Shown here: positions 1 through 10,445 of the stretch, in pieces | Layout of the letters: each line of letters starts with the position of its first letter | Numbering within the stretch: the stretch's first letter is position 1 | Sequence record: SRR2962707_536 | Length of the DNA stretch: 36,092 bases | Strand: one strand, 5' to 3' | Program-made: the position numbers and the translations under genes | Notes under the pieces: generated by a model | What the model was told of the DNA's origin: nothing | Database searches by the model: none | The model's input: only the letters and a program-made list of their open reading frames with translations

Positions 1-1
1 C

Positions 2-250
2 ATCGGCGACGCAATGTCCGGTGCGAAAACTCCTCAGGAAGCACTCGACGCCCTGTGTGCAGATCAGGAAAAAGTCCTGATCCGTCTGGAACGCGCCGGT
101 GTTCAGGGCGATATCGGTCCGGTGATGAATGACGAAAGTGATCCATCTTTCTGGCTCGATCAACCTGGTTCGCCTAAGGCGAAACTGGCCAACGAAGACG
201 AAACTCCGGTGACGATCGCTTATGACGAGCTGATCAAATCCTGGAACTAA
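2..250 (+). CDS. ABC transporter substrate-binding protein, C-terminal part (glycerol uptake, GlpV-like); 5' truncated by window edge
   Basis: Frame is open from the window start (IGDAMSGAKTPQEALD...TIAYDELIKSWN*). The C-terminus resembles alphaproteobacterial glycerol ABC binding proteins and the gene lies directly upstream of glpK. Confidence 0.75.
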   Translation: MGDAMSGAKTPQEALDALCADQEKVLIRLERAGVQGDIGPVMNDESDPSFWLDQPGSPKAKLANEDETPVTIAYDELIKSWN

Positions 251-258
251 GTTAAGTT

Positions 259-284
259 TCTGGGGCCACAGTGTTGGCCCCAGA
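259..284 (+). terminator. Stem-loop after the binding-protein gene (terminator or mRNA stabiliser)
   Basis: Perfect 10-bp stem TCTGGGGCCA/TGGCCCCAGA with a 6-nt loop, 8 nt after the stop; no U-tract. Confidence 0.5.
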
Positions 285-322
285 GATCAAACTCCCTAGA
301 ATTTTTTGACTTGTCAAAAAAG

Positions 323-349
323 GCGGCCACATATTGTGGCCGCTGTTTT
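323..349. terminator. Intrinsic terminator-like hairpin
   Basis: GCGGCCACA-TAT-TGTGGCCGC, preceded by an A-run and followed by TGTTTT. Confidence 0.55.
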
Positions 350-375
350 CCCATAACCGACCGTAGGGGCCACAG

Positions 376-1863
376 ATGACCTATATTCTTGCAATTGATC
401 AGGGAACCACATCCACCCGTGGTATTGTGTTTGATAGCGCGATGACCATTGTGGCCAGTGAGCAGCAAGAGTTCACTCAGCATTTTCCGCAGTCAGGATG
501 GGTGGAGCATGATCCGAATGATCTATGGGAGACAACCCTTGCGACCTGCCGGGGGGCCATAGCCCGCGCCGGGGTTTCTGCATCCGAGATAGCTGCGATT
601 GGGATCACCAATCAGCGTGAAACGGCGATTGTTTGGGACAAAGAGACCGGCAAGCCAATTCACAATGCGATCGTTTGGCAAGACAGGCGCACGGCCGATC
701 ATTGCCGAATCCTGCGCGAGGCGGGCCATGGTCCGATGATCACGGAACGCACGGGTCTTTTGATTGATCCCTATTTCTCAAGCACCAAGGTCAAATGGAT
801 TTTGGACCATGTCGAAGGGGCCCGCGCCCGGGCCGCCCAGGGCGACTTGCTTTTTGGTACCGTCGATAGCTTTTTGATCTGGAAGCTGACGGGCGGTGCA
901 GTGCACGCAACAGACGCGACAAACGCGGCCCGAACGATGCTTTATGACATTCGCAAAGGCCGGTGGAGCAAGACGATTTGCGACTTGCTTGATATTCCCA
1001 TGGAGATGCTGCCAGAGGTCAAGGACTGTGCGGCTGACTTTGGTCATACTAAAACTGAACATCTTGGTGCCTCTATACCTATCTGTGGCGTTGCCGGTGA
1101 CCAGCAAGCAGCGACCGTGGGGCAGGCGTGTTTTAAGCCGGGCATGATGAAATCAACCTATGGTACGGGCTGCTTTGCCCTTTTGAACACGGGCGACACA
1201 CCAGTTGTGTCTGAAAACCGTTTATTGACCACAATTGCTTATCAGCTTGACGGAAAACCCACTTATGCTTTGGAAGGGTCGATTTTTGTTGCCGGCGCCG
1301 TCGTGCAATGGCTGCGCGATGGTTTGAAAATTATCGGCGACGCTGCCGAAACGCAAACGTTGGCAGAACAGGCGGACCCGTATCAAAACGTTGTGCTTGT
1401 TCCGGCCTTTGTGGGACTAGGCGCACCTTATTGGAATGCTGAATGTCGGGGGGCGACATTCGGTCTGACCCGCGCAACCGGGCCGGCGGAATTTGCTAAA
1501 GCGGCACTGGAAAGTGTCGGGTACCAGACACGCGATCTGCTAGAGGCCATGTCTGCTGATTGGCAAGCCTCCGGTGTACAACCAACCTTGCGGGTTGATG
1601 GTGGTCTGGCAAACAGCGATTGGGCCATGCAATTCTTGGCGGATATCATCGGCGCACCGGTGGACCGCCCGGAAATCCTTGAAACGACAGCGCTCGGCGC
1701 GGCTTGGCTGGCGGGCATGCACGTCGGGCTCTTTCCCGATCAAGCGACGTTTGCCGCTCAATGGGCCTGCCAGACAGAATTCACTCCGCAGATGGGCGAC
1801 GCAAAAAGACAGGAGAAATACACCGCTTGGCAAAAGGCTGTTTCAGCGACGATGCAGTTTTGA
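376..1863 (+). CDS. glpK: Glycerol kinase
   Basis: [39 protein letters not shown] and VDGG motifs of FGGY glycerol kinases; 495 aa. Confidence 0.97.
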   Translation: MTYILAIDQGTTSTRGIVFDSAMTIVASEQQEFTQHFPQSGWVEHDPNDLWETTLATCRGAIARAGVSASEIAAIGITNQRETAIVWDKETGKPIHNAIVWQDRRTADHCRILREAGHGPMITERTGLLIDPYFSSTKVKWILDHVEGARARAAQGDLLFGTVDSFLIWKLTGGAVHATDATNAARTMLYDIRKGRWSKTICDLLDIPMEMLPEVKDCAADFGHTKTEHLGASIPICGVAGDQQAATVGQACFKPGMMKSTYGTGCFALLNTGDTPVVSENRLLTTIAYQLDGKPTYALEGSIFVAGAVVQWLRDGLKIIGDAAETQTLAEQADPYQNVVLVPAFVGLGAPYWNAECRGATFGLTRATGPAEFAKAALESVGYQTRDLLEAMSADWQASGVQPTLRVDGGLANSDWAMQFLADIIGAPVDRPEILETTALGAAWLAGMHVGLFPDQATFAAQWACQTEFTPQMGDAKRQEKYTAWQKAVSATMQF

Positions 1864-1981
1864 GCCGCTGATTGCTACTATCGGTCTGACTCAGGTGCTT
1901 GAGAGAATGGAGCGCTTGCGTAGGACTGCGAACCATTGCCGTTGCAGCACCTTTGAGAACAAGGCGGCAAAAGACGGGGCA

Positions 1982-2587
1982 CTAAACATAAACCGAAAGG
2001 CCAAGTTGTGTCTTTTGCAACTGGCGAAAATCGCTTCGCAAACTCGCTGACATGACATTGTTTTCAACGCAGATCATCCGAAGCCCATTTGCCTGTCGTG
2101 CCCATTCAAGCAGGGCATTGCCGCCCTTATCTGAGATTGAGCAATTAACCAGCCCCAGTTCGACCAGCGTCTTGGGAAGCGCGCTCGCCAACGCGATGGC
2201 ACCTTCATCCTTGATCTCGTTATAACTCAGACTGAATGAGCGAAGTCTGGCACGTTGCGATTGTGACAGCACTGCAAAAGCATTTGCGATGAGTGCGGCC
2301 CCATTGCCGCTTATGCCAGCACGTCTGAGATGAAGACTGACTTTTTTGTTCGGGTCAGTGTGCTGGGAAAGATCATCAGCCGCATTTACACTTATTGTCG
2401 ACCCAATCGACCGAAGCGCCGTTTGTAAGTTGGCTTCAAGAGTCTCGTTGTTCGTAACAGTTAAGTTTCCGGCCATTGTCGCCCCCGCAAAATTGATCAA
2501 AGTGAAACTTGCACCGACGGCAGTCAGGCAAAGCTTGCGGCGAGACAGGCGCAGAGATTTTGATTTCTGAATTGGTTTATGGGTCAT
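1982..2587 (-). CDS. Exported RNI-like leucine-rich repeat protein
   Basis: Start moved to ATG 2587 (GAGGG RBS). LRRs include LRSFSLSYNEIKDEGAIALASAL and LVELGLVNCSISDKGGNALLE. N-terminal SRRKL plus hydrophobic stretch. Confidence 0.75.
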   Translation of the reverse strand: MTHKPIQKSKSLRLSRRKLCLTAVGASFTLINFAGATMAGNLTVTNNETLEANLQTALRSIGSTISVNAADDLSQHTDPNKKVSLHLRRAGISGNGAALIANAFAVLSQSQRARLRSFSLSYNEIKDEGAIALASALPKTLVELGLVNCSISDKGGNALLEWARQANGLRMICVENNVMSASLRSDFRQLQKTQLGLSVYV

Positions 2588-2728
2588 GCTGTTCCCTCTC
2601 GACTCTGAACGTAGCCTCACATCGAGAGTTGTCCAATGGCACCTTGAATCTAAGGGCATTGGGGCTGACTCAGGGCCAGATATCTGTAAAATGACGTGAA
2701 GTGCGAAATTCATATGGAGGGTAACCTT

Positions 2729-3154
2729 GTGAAATCACCTTGGCATCTTTGGGTCGTTGGCATTTTCGGGGTGATTTGGAACGGGATGGGAGCAATGGAT
2801 TATGTTCTCACGGCGTCGCGCAACGAAAATTATTTGGCCCAGTTTACAGCAGAACGGTTGGCTTTTCTGGAAGCTTTGCCGTTTTGGGTGATTTGCAGCT
2901 GGGCGCTGGCAATCTGGCTTGCTGTCGCGGGCTCCCTCTTGCTTTTGCTGCGCTCGCGCTTTGCGCAGCCTGCATTTTTGGCAGGTCTCGTCTTCTTGAT
3001 TTTGACGACAATACACAATCTTTGGCTTGCTGAGGTGTCAGCCGCTGAAACGATGAGTGTCGGAGAGATGGCGTTTACGGGTGTGATTTTTGTCTTTGCC
3101 ATCGCGCAATGGCTCTATGCAAAAACTATGACAAGGCGCGGGATCTTAAAGTAG
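2729..3154 (+). CDS. Hypothetical membrane protein (about 4 TM helices)
   Basis: GGAGG RBS at 2716-2720 before GTG 2729. PWHLWVVG...WNGMGAMDY start and four hydrophobic segments. Confidence 0.75.
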   Translation: MKSPWHLWVVGIFGVIWNGMGAMDYVLTASRNENYLAQFTAERLAFLEALPFWVICSWALAIWLAVAGSLLLLLRSRFAQPAFLAGLVFLILTTIHNLWLAEVSAAETMSVGEMAFTGVIFVFAIAQWLYAKTMTRRGILK

Positions 3155-3415
3155 ACTAAGATCAGAGCGTCGGTCGAAAAATTTCGCTTAAGTAGCTAAA
3201 GTAAATAACATTTCTCTGGTCTGATGTCCGCATTGGCTTTGGATTCCGCGCATGAAGTTCGATGTTTGGGACAATAAGGCCTATACCGCAATATATTAAT
3301 TTTGGGCTTGCTGTCTCTTTAACTTGTAGCTTTGAGATTTGTATCTATTTGAAGGGTTCATACGTGCCGCGTCAGGATACTTGTTGAACCGACGCTGACC
3401 CAAAGGATCTTTCTG

Positions 3416-3907
3416 ATGCAATCTCCTATTCCAAGCTTTACCCACGCCCTGCGCAGTCTTTCCGCCATCTTGGCAAAAGCAGAAGCCCATTGCGAGGATC
3501 GCAAAATTGATCCGGACGCTTTGCTAACGGCGCGGCTTTTTCCGGACATGTTGAATTTCACCCGCAATGTTCTGGTCGCTTGTGATACGGCTAAGGGATT
3601 GGCTGCACGGTTGTCGCAAACGGAAAACCCAAGCTTTGAAGACAATGAAAAGACATTTGGCGAGCTTCAGGCCCGCATTGCAAAAACCATCGAATTTATG
3701 GAGTCCGTTCCGGACGCAGCGTTTGAAGGGGCTGAGGCGCGGGAGGTGATTATGAAGTTTGGACCGGATGAGCACAAATTCACGGGGACAGCCTATTTCA
3801 ATGGCTTTGCTGTGCCGAACTTCTATTTTCACATGACCACAGTTTACAACATCTTGCGTCACAACGGGATAGATGTCGGGAAACGTGATTTCCTCGGCGC
3901 GGCTTAA
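3416..3907 (+). CDS. DUF1993 family protein
   Basis: ARLFPDM, PNFYFHMTTVYNILRHNGIDVGKRDFLG signature. Confidence 0.9.
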   Translation: MQSPIPSFTHALRSLSAILAKAEAHCEDRKIDPDALLTARLFPDMLNFTRNVLVACDTAKGLAARLSQTENPSFEDNEKTFGELQARIAKTIEFMESVPDAAFEGAEAREVIMKFGPDEHKFTGTAYFNGFAVPNFYFHMTTVYNILRHNGIDVGKRDFLGAA

Positions 3908-4097
3908 ACAATTGCCTGCCTGTATTATCGTTCGACAATGCGGGCAGCATTCAACAGCGCATAACACGTGACCGCTTCGGCATTCGCTTAGTCTGTTGAC
4001 CGGCGATGGACGTTCAGCGTTTTCGACAGATTTGCATATTCCGAACAATTGGGGCGGCCCTTCAATTGAAAATCAACGCTTAACCCAGGACGCTTCC

Positions 4098-4370
4098 ATG
4101 ACAGACGAAAATGAAACCGGCTCTAAGGTGCACTACATCTGCCAAACCTACATCGAGAAAAAGGGCGGACGTGGCGGGCAAGTCGGATTGCAGATTGGTA
4201 AGACCTTTCAGTACACGTCAGCCGACCAGGCAGAAGAACGGGCAGAGCGCGAAGCCCGTGCTGATGGCTGTGTAGGTGCGGATGCATATATGATCGTCGA
4301 GGAAGTTGATTCCGGCGAAGTCAGTGCTCCGACATTCATTGCCCGGTTCGGGACTGTCCCGGAAGAGTGA
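4098..4370 (+). CDS. Small hypothetical protein (90 aa)
   Basis: AGGA RBS before ATG 4098. Host-like codon use and a globular-looking sequence (HYICQTY...GADAYMIVEE...PTFIARFG). Confidence 0.65.
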   Translation: MTDENETGSKVHYICQTYIEKKGGRGGQVGLQIGKTFQYTSADQAEERAEREARADGCVGADAYMIVEEVDSGEVSAPTFIARFGTVPEE

Positions 4371-4867
4371 TCATTGGCCTATTTTCCGGCCTTTGCGATG
4401 CGGGCATGCGGACCGATTGATGTAAATGGCGTGCCGGTTTTGCTGACCGGGTAATCGCAAATAAACAAACTTTGGTGTTCTCAGAGGGCGGAAATGCAAA
4501 TACGGCCCGGTTCTTTGAGCCGGGTCTGAGGTATTGTGCAGCTAGGCTTGCACACTATGGCAAGGCCTAAGAAGCGGTGGCCGGGTTCTCCATTAGACCC
4601 CCCCTTAAGAATGGCTCCAGTCGGTCGGACTTTCTGCAAAACGAACGCCTGTAAGGCAGACACGGAAAAGTGGTTTTGAGCAATGTCAAGTTGGCGCTAA
4701 CGTCGTTGTTTGTGAGCGCACTGGGTTGGACCTCAAAAAGTGAACCTGAAAGACAACAATCGACGTACAGAAATCAGGCTGTTTACGGTTACAAACCTGA
4801 ATAATCTTGCGCTTCGCCATGGTCGCACTATGAGAGTGACCAAAGCCGACACGAGGAAAAACAACAT

Positions 4868-5560
4868 ATGAACATGCTTGGCACTTTCATTAAGCCGATG
4901 CACCGTGAAGGCATCAAATTCGTCGCAACCTTTGCGGTTGTGACAGCGGTCTTGTCGCTGATCTCTCCATTTTTGGGCTGGATCGGTGTCGGACTTACCG
5001 TTTGGTGCTATTATTTCTTTCGTGATCCCGAACGGGTGACACCTCAACGACCGGGGCTGGTTGTCAGTCCGGCGGACGGAATTGTCTCTCTTATCGAGCC
5101 GGCTGTGCCTCCAGCGGAACTTGGTATGGAGGATGTCGCTCTGACCCGTGTCAGCGTGTTCATGAACGTCTTTAACTGTCATGTGAACAGAACGCCCGTC
5201 GCCGGTCAGGTTACATCGGTGGCGTATCGCCCCGGCAAGTTTTTTAACGCATCCTTGGACAAGGCCAGCGTCGACAATGAACGCAACAGTCTATGCATCC
5301 GCATGCCCGATGGCCGTGAAATCGCGGTCGTCCAGATTGCTGGATTGGTTGCCCGCCGCATTGTCTGCTTTGTTGATAAAGAGGATGACATGCAAACGGG
5401 CGAACGCTTTGGTTTGATTCGGTTCGGTTCGCGTTTGGACGTTTATCTCCCGAAGGGCGTGGAGCCGCTGGTCAGCATCGGTCAGACGATGGTTGCTGGT
5501 GAAACCGTGCTTGCCCATCTCACTGACACTGCAAGTGACGAGCAGGGGACGGTACAATAA
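4868..5560 (+). CDS. psd: Phosphatidylserine decarboxylase proenzyme
   Basis: [35 protein letters not shown] and the RFGSR autocleavage motif; GAGG RBS. Confidence 0.96.
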   Translation: MNMLGTFIKPMHREGIKFVATFAVVTAVLSLISPFLGWIGVGLTVWCYYFFRDPERVTPQRPGLVVSPADGIVSLIEPAVPPAELGMEDVALTRVSVFMNVFNCHVNRTPVAGQVTSVAYRPGKFFNASLDKASVDNERNSLCIRMPDGREIAVVQIAGLVARRIVCFVDKEDDMQTGERFGLIRFGSRLDVYLPKGVEPLVSIGQTMVAGETVLAHLTDTASDEQGTVQ

Positions 5561-6318
5561 CCAAAGCCTCTGACAAACCCAAAACAGATATTGCACTGGT
5601 TCAACTCATTCCGAACGTGCTGACAATCGCTGCGATTTGCGCAGGCCTGTCAGCGATCCGTTTTGGGGTGCAGGGTAACTATCTTTTGGCTGTGAAGTTG
5701 ATCTTAGCCGCATGTGTTCTTGATGGGTTGGACGGGCGGATTGCCCGTATGATGGGCAGTGACAGCAAAATGGGGGCTGAGCTGGATTCCCTGGCGGATT
5801 TTGTGAACTTCGGCGTTGCCCCGCCGTTGGTGTTTTACTTCTGGGCCTTGCAAGACATGCCCAATGCCGGATGGATCGCGGTTTTGGTGTATGCCGTTTG
5901 CTGTGTGGTACGTCTGGCTCGCTTCAATATCAGCAGCAAAACTGAAAGCGACGGGGACACCTCGGCCTCAAGTGCCTATTTCACGGGTGTGCCGTCACCG
6001 GCCGGGGCCGTCCTTGTGATGTTGCCCATGTTCGTCTCTTTCGCCTTTCCCGAAACCGCACTTTTACCGGATCTGGTTCTGGGATTTTATGTGGTCTTGG
6101 TGGGGATGGCGATGATCAGCCGTATCCCCACATGGTCCTTTAAAACCACAAGGGTCTCACGCGTGAACGTAAAGTACTTTCTGGTAGGGTTTGCCTTTAT
6201 CGGCGCGGCCGTTTTGACCTACGCTTGGGTGACGTTGGTTGTTCTGTGCGTTGGCTATATTGGGATGGTCATCTGGTGCGCTTTGTTTGCCAAAGCGCCG
6301 GATGCCCCAAAAACCTGA
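5557..6318 (+). CDS. pssA: CDP-diacylglycerol--serine O-phosphatidyltransferase
   Basis: DGLDGRIAR...[20 protein letters not shown]-alcohol phosphotransferase motif, [15 protein letters not shown]. The conserved LIPN lies upstream of the first canonical start (GTG 5617), so the start is placed tentatively at ATA 5557. Confidence 0.9.
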   Translation: MTKASDKPKTDIALVQLIPNVLTIAAICAGLSAIRFGVQGNYLLAVKLILAACVLDGLDGRIARMMGSDSKMGAELDSLADFVNFGVAPPLVFYFWALQDMPNAGWIAVLVYAVCCVVRLARFNISSKTESDGDTSASSAYFTGVPSPAGAVLVMLPMFVSFAFPETALLPDLVLGFYVVLVGMAMISRIPTWSFKTTRVSRVNVKYFLVGFAFIGAAVLTYAWVTLVVLCVGYIGMVIWCALFAKAPDAPKT

Positions 6319-6486
6319 AACGAAACAAAGGTATAAGCCTTGTGGATTTTCCTGCGTAAACCGGTTTTTGACCTTGGTCTGGTCGCGTTTTCACCGCGCA
6401 CAGCATCGATCAGATCGAAAAGCGGCGCAGGGCGCGATTGACTGGCCCTTTACGCTCAGCTTGTCACAACGACATATGGTTCCCAG

Positions 6487-6525
6487 AAAAACAGCGGATC
6501 AGGCAGTGCAAAACAGCCTGATCCG
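6487..6525 (-). terminator. Intrinsic terminator of the flotillin-ending operon
   Basis: Stem CGGATCAGGC (6495-6504) / GCCTGATCCG (6516-6525), followed on the minus strand by CTGTTTTT. Confidence 0.7.
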
Positions 6526-6580
6526 TGGTCATAACATTGGTGAAAGCCTTGTCATGTGACTTTTGGCTTGCCGCCCGGAC

Positions 6581-8149
6581 TTAGGACGATGCGTTGTCAT
6601 CCTTGTTCTTTGATAGCGCCAAATCCAGGTTTACCCCGAGTGAATCCCCCAGCTTTTTCATCGTGGGTAATGAGACCGCCATATCCAAAATCGCATCGAC
6701 CGTTTGATTGACCGGAGAGACAACTCCGCCTGTCGCTTCGTTGCCGTTCCGGCCTAGGCCACTGATATGGTTGACCGAAATTCCGTTGATTTTTTCGGCT
6801 GGTTTGACCATCTCGGCGACAATTTGCGGCGCGGCTTTCAACCGGGCGAGCTCTAATTGCATGGCAACCTGCGCCTCTGACCGCGCGTTTTCTGCTTCGA
6901 TCTGGGCCAAGTTGGCTTCGGTTTCGGCAAGTTTCATTGCCTTCGTCGCTTCTGCATCTTCGCGTTTGGCAGCAGCTTTGTCGGCTGCGGTGGCCTTGTC
7001 GGATGCGGCTGCAATCTGCGCTTGGGCTGCGGCGGCTTCGGCCTTTTCTTGAGCCACAATGAGGGCAAGAACCTTGCGCCGTTCGGCCTCGGCCATTTGC
7101 CGGGCGGTTTGTACCGCTTCAGCGGCTTTGACGGCCTCAACACGGGCCCCATCGGCCTGCGCCTGTGCATGGCTTTCCTCTTGCGACTTTGCCGCGATGG
7201 CTATGGCGCGTTTCTGTTCAGCATGTTCCAAAGCAAGAGCCTGAGAAATCTCGGCCTCGCGCAAGAGTTGCTCTTTCGCAATATCAGCCGTCGCGATGTC
7301 TTGTTCCATTTGGATGCGCGCATGGGCGACGGATCGTTCGCTATCGGCCTTACGTGCGGCGATTTCCGTTAGTTGTGAGGCGATAAGTGTCTCAATCTCT
7401 TGGGTCTGCGAGATTTCAGCACGACGTTGCTCAAGATCAATCTCAAGCTTGCGGCGCTGAGATTCCATGGCGGCCCGGGCCACGCTGACCTGACTGTCAC
7501 CTTCGATTTCGGCCCGTTCCTTTTTTGATTTCGCGATGACTTCGGCAAGTTTGCGCATACCAACGGCGTTGAAGGCGTTGTTCTCATCCAAAGCGGCAAA
7601 AGGGGTTTGGTCGAGCGCCGTCAGCGATACAGAGTCCAGCTGTAAGCCATAGTTGGCCAAGGTGTCGGCCAGTGTTTCACGCACTTGACGAACAAAGCTG
7701 CTGCGGTTCTCGTGCAGCTCGTCCATGGTCATCTGTGCCGCGACAGAGCGCAGGGCGTCTATCATCATCCCGTCAATCAGGTTTTTAAGCTGTTCGGGTT
7801 GAAACACCCGTTTTCCCAGAGTCTGAGCGGCCCGTGTGACCGCATCATCATTTGGGGTCACGCTGGCATAGAACTCTGCACCAACATCGACACGCAGACG
7901 GTCCTTTGTAATCAAGGCTGCTTCGCCGTTTCGAACCACGTCCATCCGCAGGGTCTGCATGTTGACCCGATTGATCTCGTGGAAATAGGGGATGGCAAGT
8001 GTGCCGCCGTCAATTATGACGCGCCGCCCACCAAGTCCGGTCCTAACCAATGCCACTTCGTTGGTGGCTCTTTGATAAAATGTGGCGGCCAAAGCGATAA
8101 CAACCGCAGCCAGAACTAGTAGAATGATGACCCAAGCCAGAAAAGTCAT
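6581..8149 (-). CDS. Flotillin family (SPFH/Band 7) membrane protein
   Basis: GGAGG RBS before ATG 8149. N-terminal TM, ALVRTGLGG, LITKDRLRVDV, DENNAFNAVG, long Ala/Glu coiled coil and C-terminal MVKPAEKI. Confidence 0.92.
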   Translation of the reverse strand: MTFLAWVIILLVLAAVVIALAATFYQRATNEVALVRTGLGGRRVIIDGGTLAIPYFHEINRVNMQTLRMDVVRNGEAALITKDRLRVDVGAEFYASVTPNDDAVTRAAQTLGKRVFQPEQLKNLIDGMMIDALRSVAAQMTMDELHENRSSFVRQVRETLADTLANYGLQLDSVSLTALDQTPFAALDENNAFNAVGMRKLAEVIAKSKKERAEIEGDSQVSVARAAMESQRRKLEIDLEQRRAEISQTQEIETLIASQLTEIAARKADSERSVAHARIQMEQDIATADIAKEQLLREAEISQALALEHAEQKRAIAIAAKSQEESHAQAQADGARVEAVKAAEAVQTARQMAEAERRKVLALIVAQEKAEAAAAQAQIAAASDKATAADKAAAKREDAEATKAMKLAETEANLAQIEAENARSEAQVAMQLELARLKAAPQIVAEMVKPAEKINGISVNHISGLGRNGNEATGGVVSPVNQTVDAILDMAVSLPTMKKLGDSLGVNLDLALSKNKDDNASS

Positions 8150-8160
8150 GATGGCCTCCG

Positions 8161-8967
8161 TTAGGATGAAAGTCCGTGCATTTCGCACAGTATATTGGAT
8201 GACATGCCGCCGTCGGCAGGGATGTTGATACCGCGGAGCCACGTCGTCATATCGGATAGCAAGAAGGCCACGATCGGGGCCAAGTCCTGAGGCGTGCCAA
8301 GGCGATCCATGACGCGCGCGTCTTCTTCGGCACGCGCACCAAGGGTTTCCAGAAAATCCCCGAGGATAGGGGTATCAACCGGGCCGGGGCTCACGGTGTT
8401 CATACGGATGCCACGATCCCGCCAAGTCCAGCGGTTTTGCATGGTCCATGTGATCAAGGCCTCTTTGGAAAAGAAGTAGCTACGCCCGCCTTCATTGGTG
8501 ATCTGATGGTCCCGCGAAAACTGTGCGGCGTCATCTACGTGAATGTTCTCGCTGGCGCGAATGGCATCAATTGCATTGGCCCAGCCAAATCCGGCGAGGG
8601 AGGCAAGATTAACAATGCTGGCCCCGTCGTTGAGCTTTGGGATCAATCCGGTCGTCAGGCGCTTGAGGCCAAACAGATTCACCGCCAGAACCTTATCTGC
8701 TGGGGCAGTAGGGGGCAGGCCTGCGACATTGGCGATCCCGTCGATCCCCTTGGGGAGGGTTTCGATCAGGGCATCAATCGTTGCACCATCGGATAGATCT
8801 GCCCGGTAGAACTCTTCGACATGATCGAACTTTTTGGTCAGATCCACGCCAAGGACCTTGGCCCCCATGGCGGTACAAATGCGCGCTGTTTCGCACCCAA
8901 TTCCCGAGGCAGAGCCTGTGACGAGAATGGTTTTGCCAGCTAACAAAGGAATGCGTTCCAAACTCAT
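8161..8967 (-). CDS. SDR oxidoreductase, coniferyl-alcohol dehydrogenase (CalA)/3-alpha-HSD-like
   Basis: TGSASGIG, NVAG, YFFSK catalytic motif, SPGPVDTPIL; start at ATG 8967. Confidence 0.85.
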   Translation of the reverse strand: MSLERIPLLAGKTILVTGSASGIGCETARICTAMGAKVLGVDLTKKFDHVEEFYRADLSDGATIDALIETLPKGIDGIANVAGLPPTAPADKVLAVNLFGLKRLTTGLIPKLNDGASIVNLASLAGFGWANAIDAIRASENIHVDDAAQFSRDHQITNEGGRSYFFSKEALITWTMQNRWTWRDRGIRMNTVSPGPVDTPILGDFLETLGARAEEDARVMDRLGTPQDLAPIVAFLLSDMTTWLRGINIPADGGMSSNILCEMHGLSS

Positions 8968-8968
8968 A

Positions 8969-10444
8969 TCAAAACACCGGAGGATAAGGGCGATGACCAC
9001 GATCTAGCGTGATCCATCGCGTTTCAGTAAAGGTATCCATCGACCATTTTCCGCCGTGTTTTCCCAAACCTGACGCCTTGGTGCCGCCAAAGGGCACATG
9101 CGGTTCATCGTTGATAGAACTGCAATTCACGTGGCACATGCCGGTTTCAAGGTGACGGGACATTTCAAGCGCACGGTGCTCATTTGCCGTGATAATGCCC
9201 GCGCTCAGCCCGTATTCAGTGTCATTATTCAAAGCGATGGCTTCGGCGTCGGTCTTGAACGGCACAACTACGGCCACGGGACCAAAGGTTTCGTCCCGCC
9301 ACACGGCCATATCTGACGTAACATTGGTCAAGATCGTGGGTTCAACGAAACGGTCCCAGACACGGCCACCCAAGACGGCTTTTGCGCCCTTGGCCAAGGC
9401 GTCTTCGATCTGGAATTTGACGCGTTCAACCTGTCGGTCGTTGATGAGTGGCCCGATAACATTGCCCTTATCCGCGGTATCTCCGGTTTTTAGCTTTGCG
9501 GCGCGGGCCACGAACTGACGCAGAAATTCAGGGTAGATGCTTTCATGGACTAAAATCTTTTCGACGCTCATGCAAATCTGACCCTGATGCATAAAACTGC
9601 CAAAGCTTGCAGAAGATGTTGCGCGCTCCATATCGGCGTCTTCCAAGACAATCAGGCTGTCCTTGCCGCCCAATTCGACACAGGCCTTTTTCAGATGGGC
9701 CCCGGCCTTGGCGGCGATCTGGCGTCCGATCGGGGTTGAACCTGTGAATGAAATGCCTTTGACGGTTGGGTTTTCGACCAGTTCATCGCCCATCTCGGCA
9801 ACCTTGTCGCGTGAACAGGTGATGACATTGAACACGCCCTTGGGGACACCCGCTTCTTCGAGAATTTCTGCAAAATACAGACCACCAGCATAAGGCGTAT
9901 CTTCGGAAGGTTTCAAAACGATGGTATTGCCCGCTGCCAGGGGAAAGGCGAACCCGCGCGACGTAAGAATACCGGGCATGTTCCAAGGGCTGATCACCCC
10001 GACAACACCCATCGGCGTCCGCTGCACCATTGAAACTTTGCCATGTTCGGAGGGCATCATTTCTCCGATTGGATTGTAGCACATTGCGGCAGCAGCTCTG
10101 AAAACCTCAGAGACATATCCGGCTTCAAACATGCCTTTGCCAAACCACCCGCCGCCCTCGGCCATGGCAGCGGCGACATAGTCCATTTTGCGTCGGTCCC
10201 AGATCTCTGCGGCTTTTAGCAGGTAGGCGGCGCGCTCTTGGAACATCAGCTCAGACCACGCGGGAAAGGCAGCCTGTGCCGCCGCAATTGCGGTACGCGT
10301 CTCGGCGCGGCCACCATCGGGCACTCTGGCCCAGACCTCACCCGTCGACGGGTTGATATCCTCAAAGAAACGTTCGCCCTGGAGCCAGTCACCGCCGATA
10401 TACATTCCCTTGATCGAGGCGGGTTTTGCCTGATTGTCTAACAT
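8969..10444 (-). CDS. Aromatic aldehyde dehydrogenase (benzaldehyde/vanillin DH-like)
   Basis: ISPWN, LKPSE, FTGST, ELGGK, GQICMS, ETFGP, PFGG; AAGGA RBS before ATG 10444. Confidence 0.9.
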   Translation of the reverse strand: MLDNQAKPASIKGMYIGGDWLQGERFFEDINPSTGEVWARVPDGGRAETRTAIAAAQAAFPAWSELMFQERAAYLLKAAEIWDRRKMDYVAAAMAEGGGWFGKGMFEAGYVSEVFRAAAAMCYNPIGEMMPSEHGKVSMVQRTPMGVVGVISPWNMPGILTSRGFAFPLAAGNTIVLKPSEDTPYAGGLYFAEILEEAGVPKGVFNVITCSRDKVAEMGDELVENPTVKGISFTGSTPIGRQIAAKAGAHLKKACVELGGKDSLIVLEDADMERATSSASFGSFMHQGQICMSVEKILVHESIYPEFLRQFVARAAKLKTGDTADKGNVIGPLINDRQVERVKFQIEDALAKGAKAVLGGRVWDRFVEPTILTNVTSDMAVWRDETFGPVAVVVPFKTDAEAIALNNDTEYGLSAGIITANEHRALEMSRHLETGMCHVNCSSINDEPHVPFGGTKASGLGKHGGKWSMDTFTETRWITLDRGHRPYPPVF

Positions 10445-10445
10445 T

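Noticed and set aside
6850-7500. Repetitive GCN-rich DNA as a repeat element
   Set aside because: Explained by the Ala/Glu-rich flotillin coiled coil.
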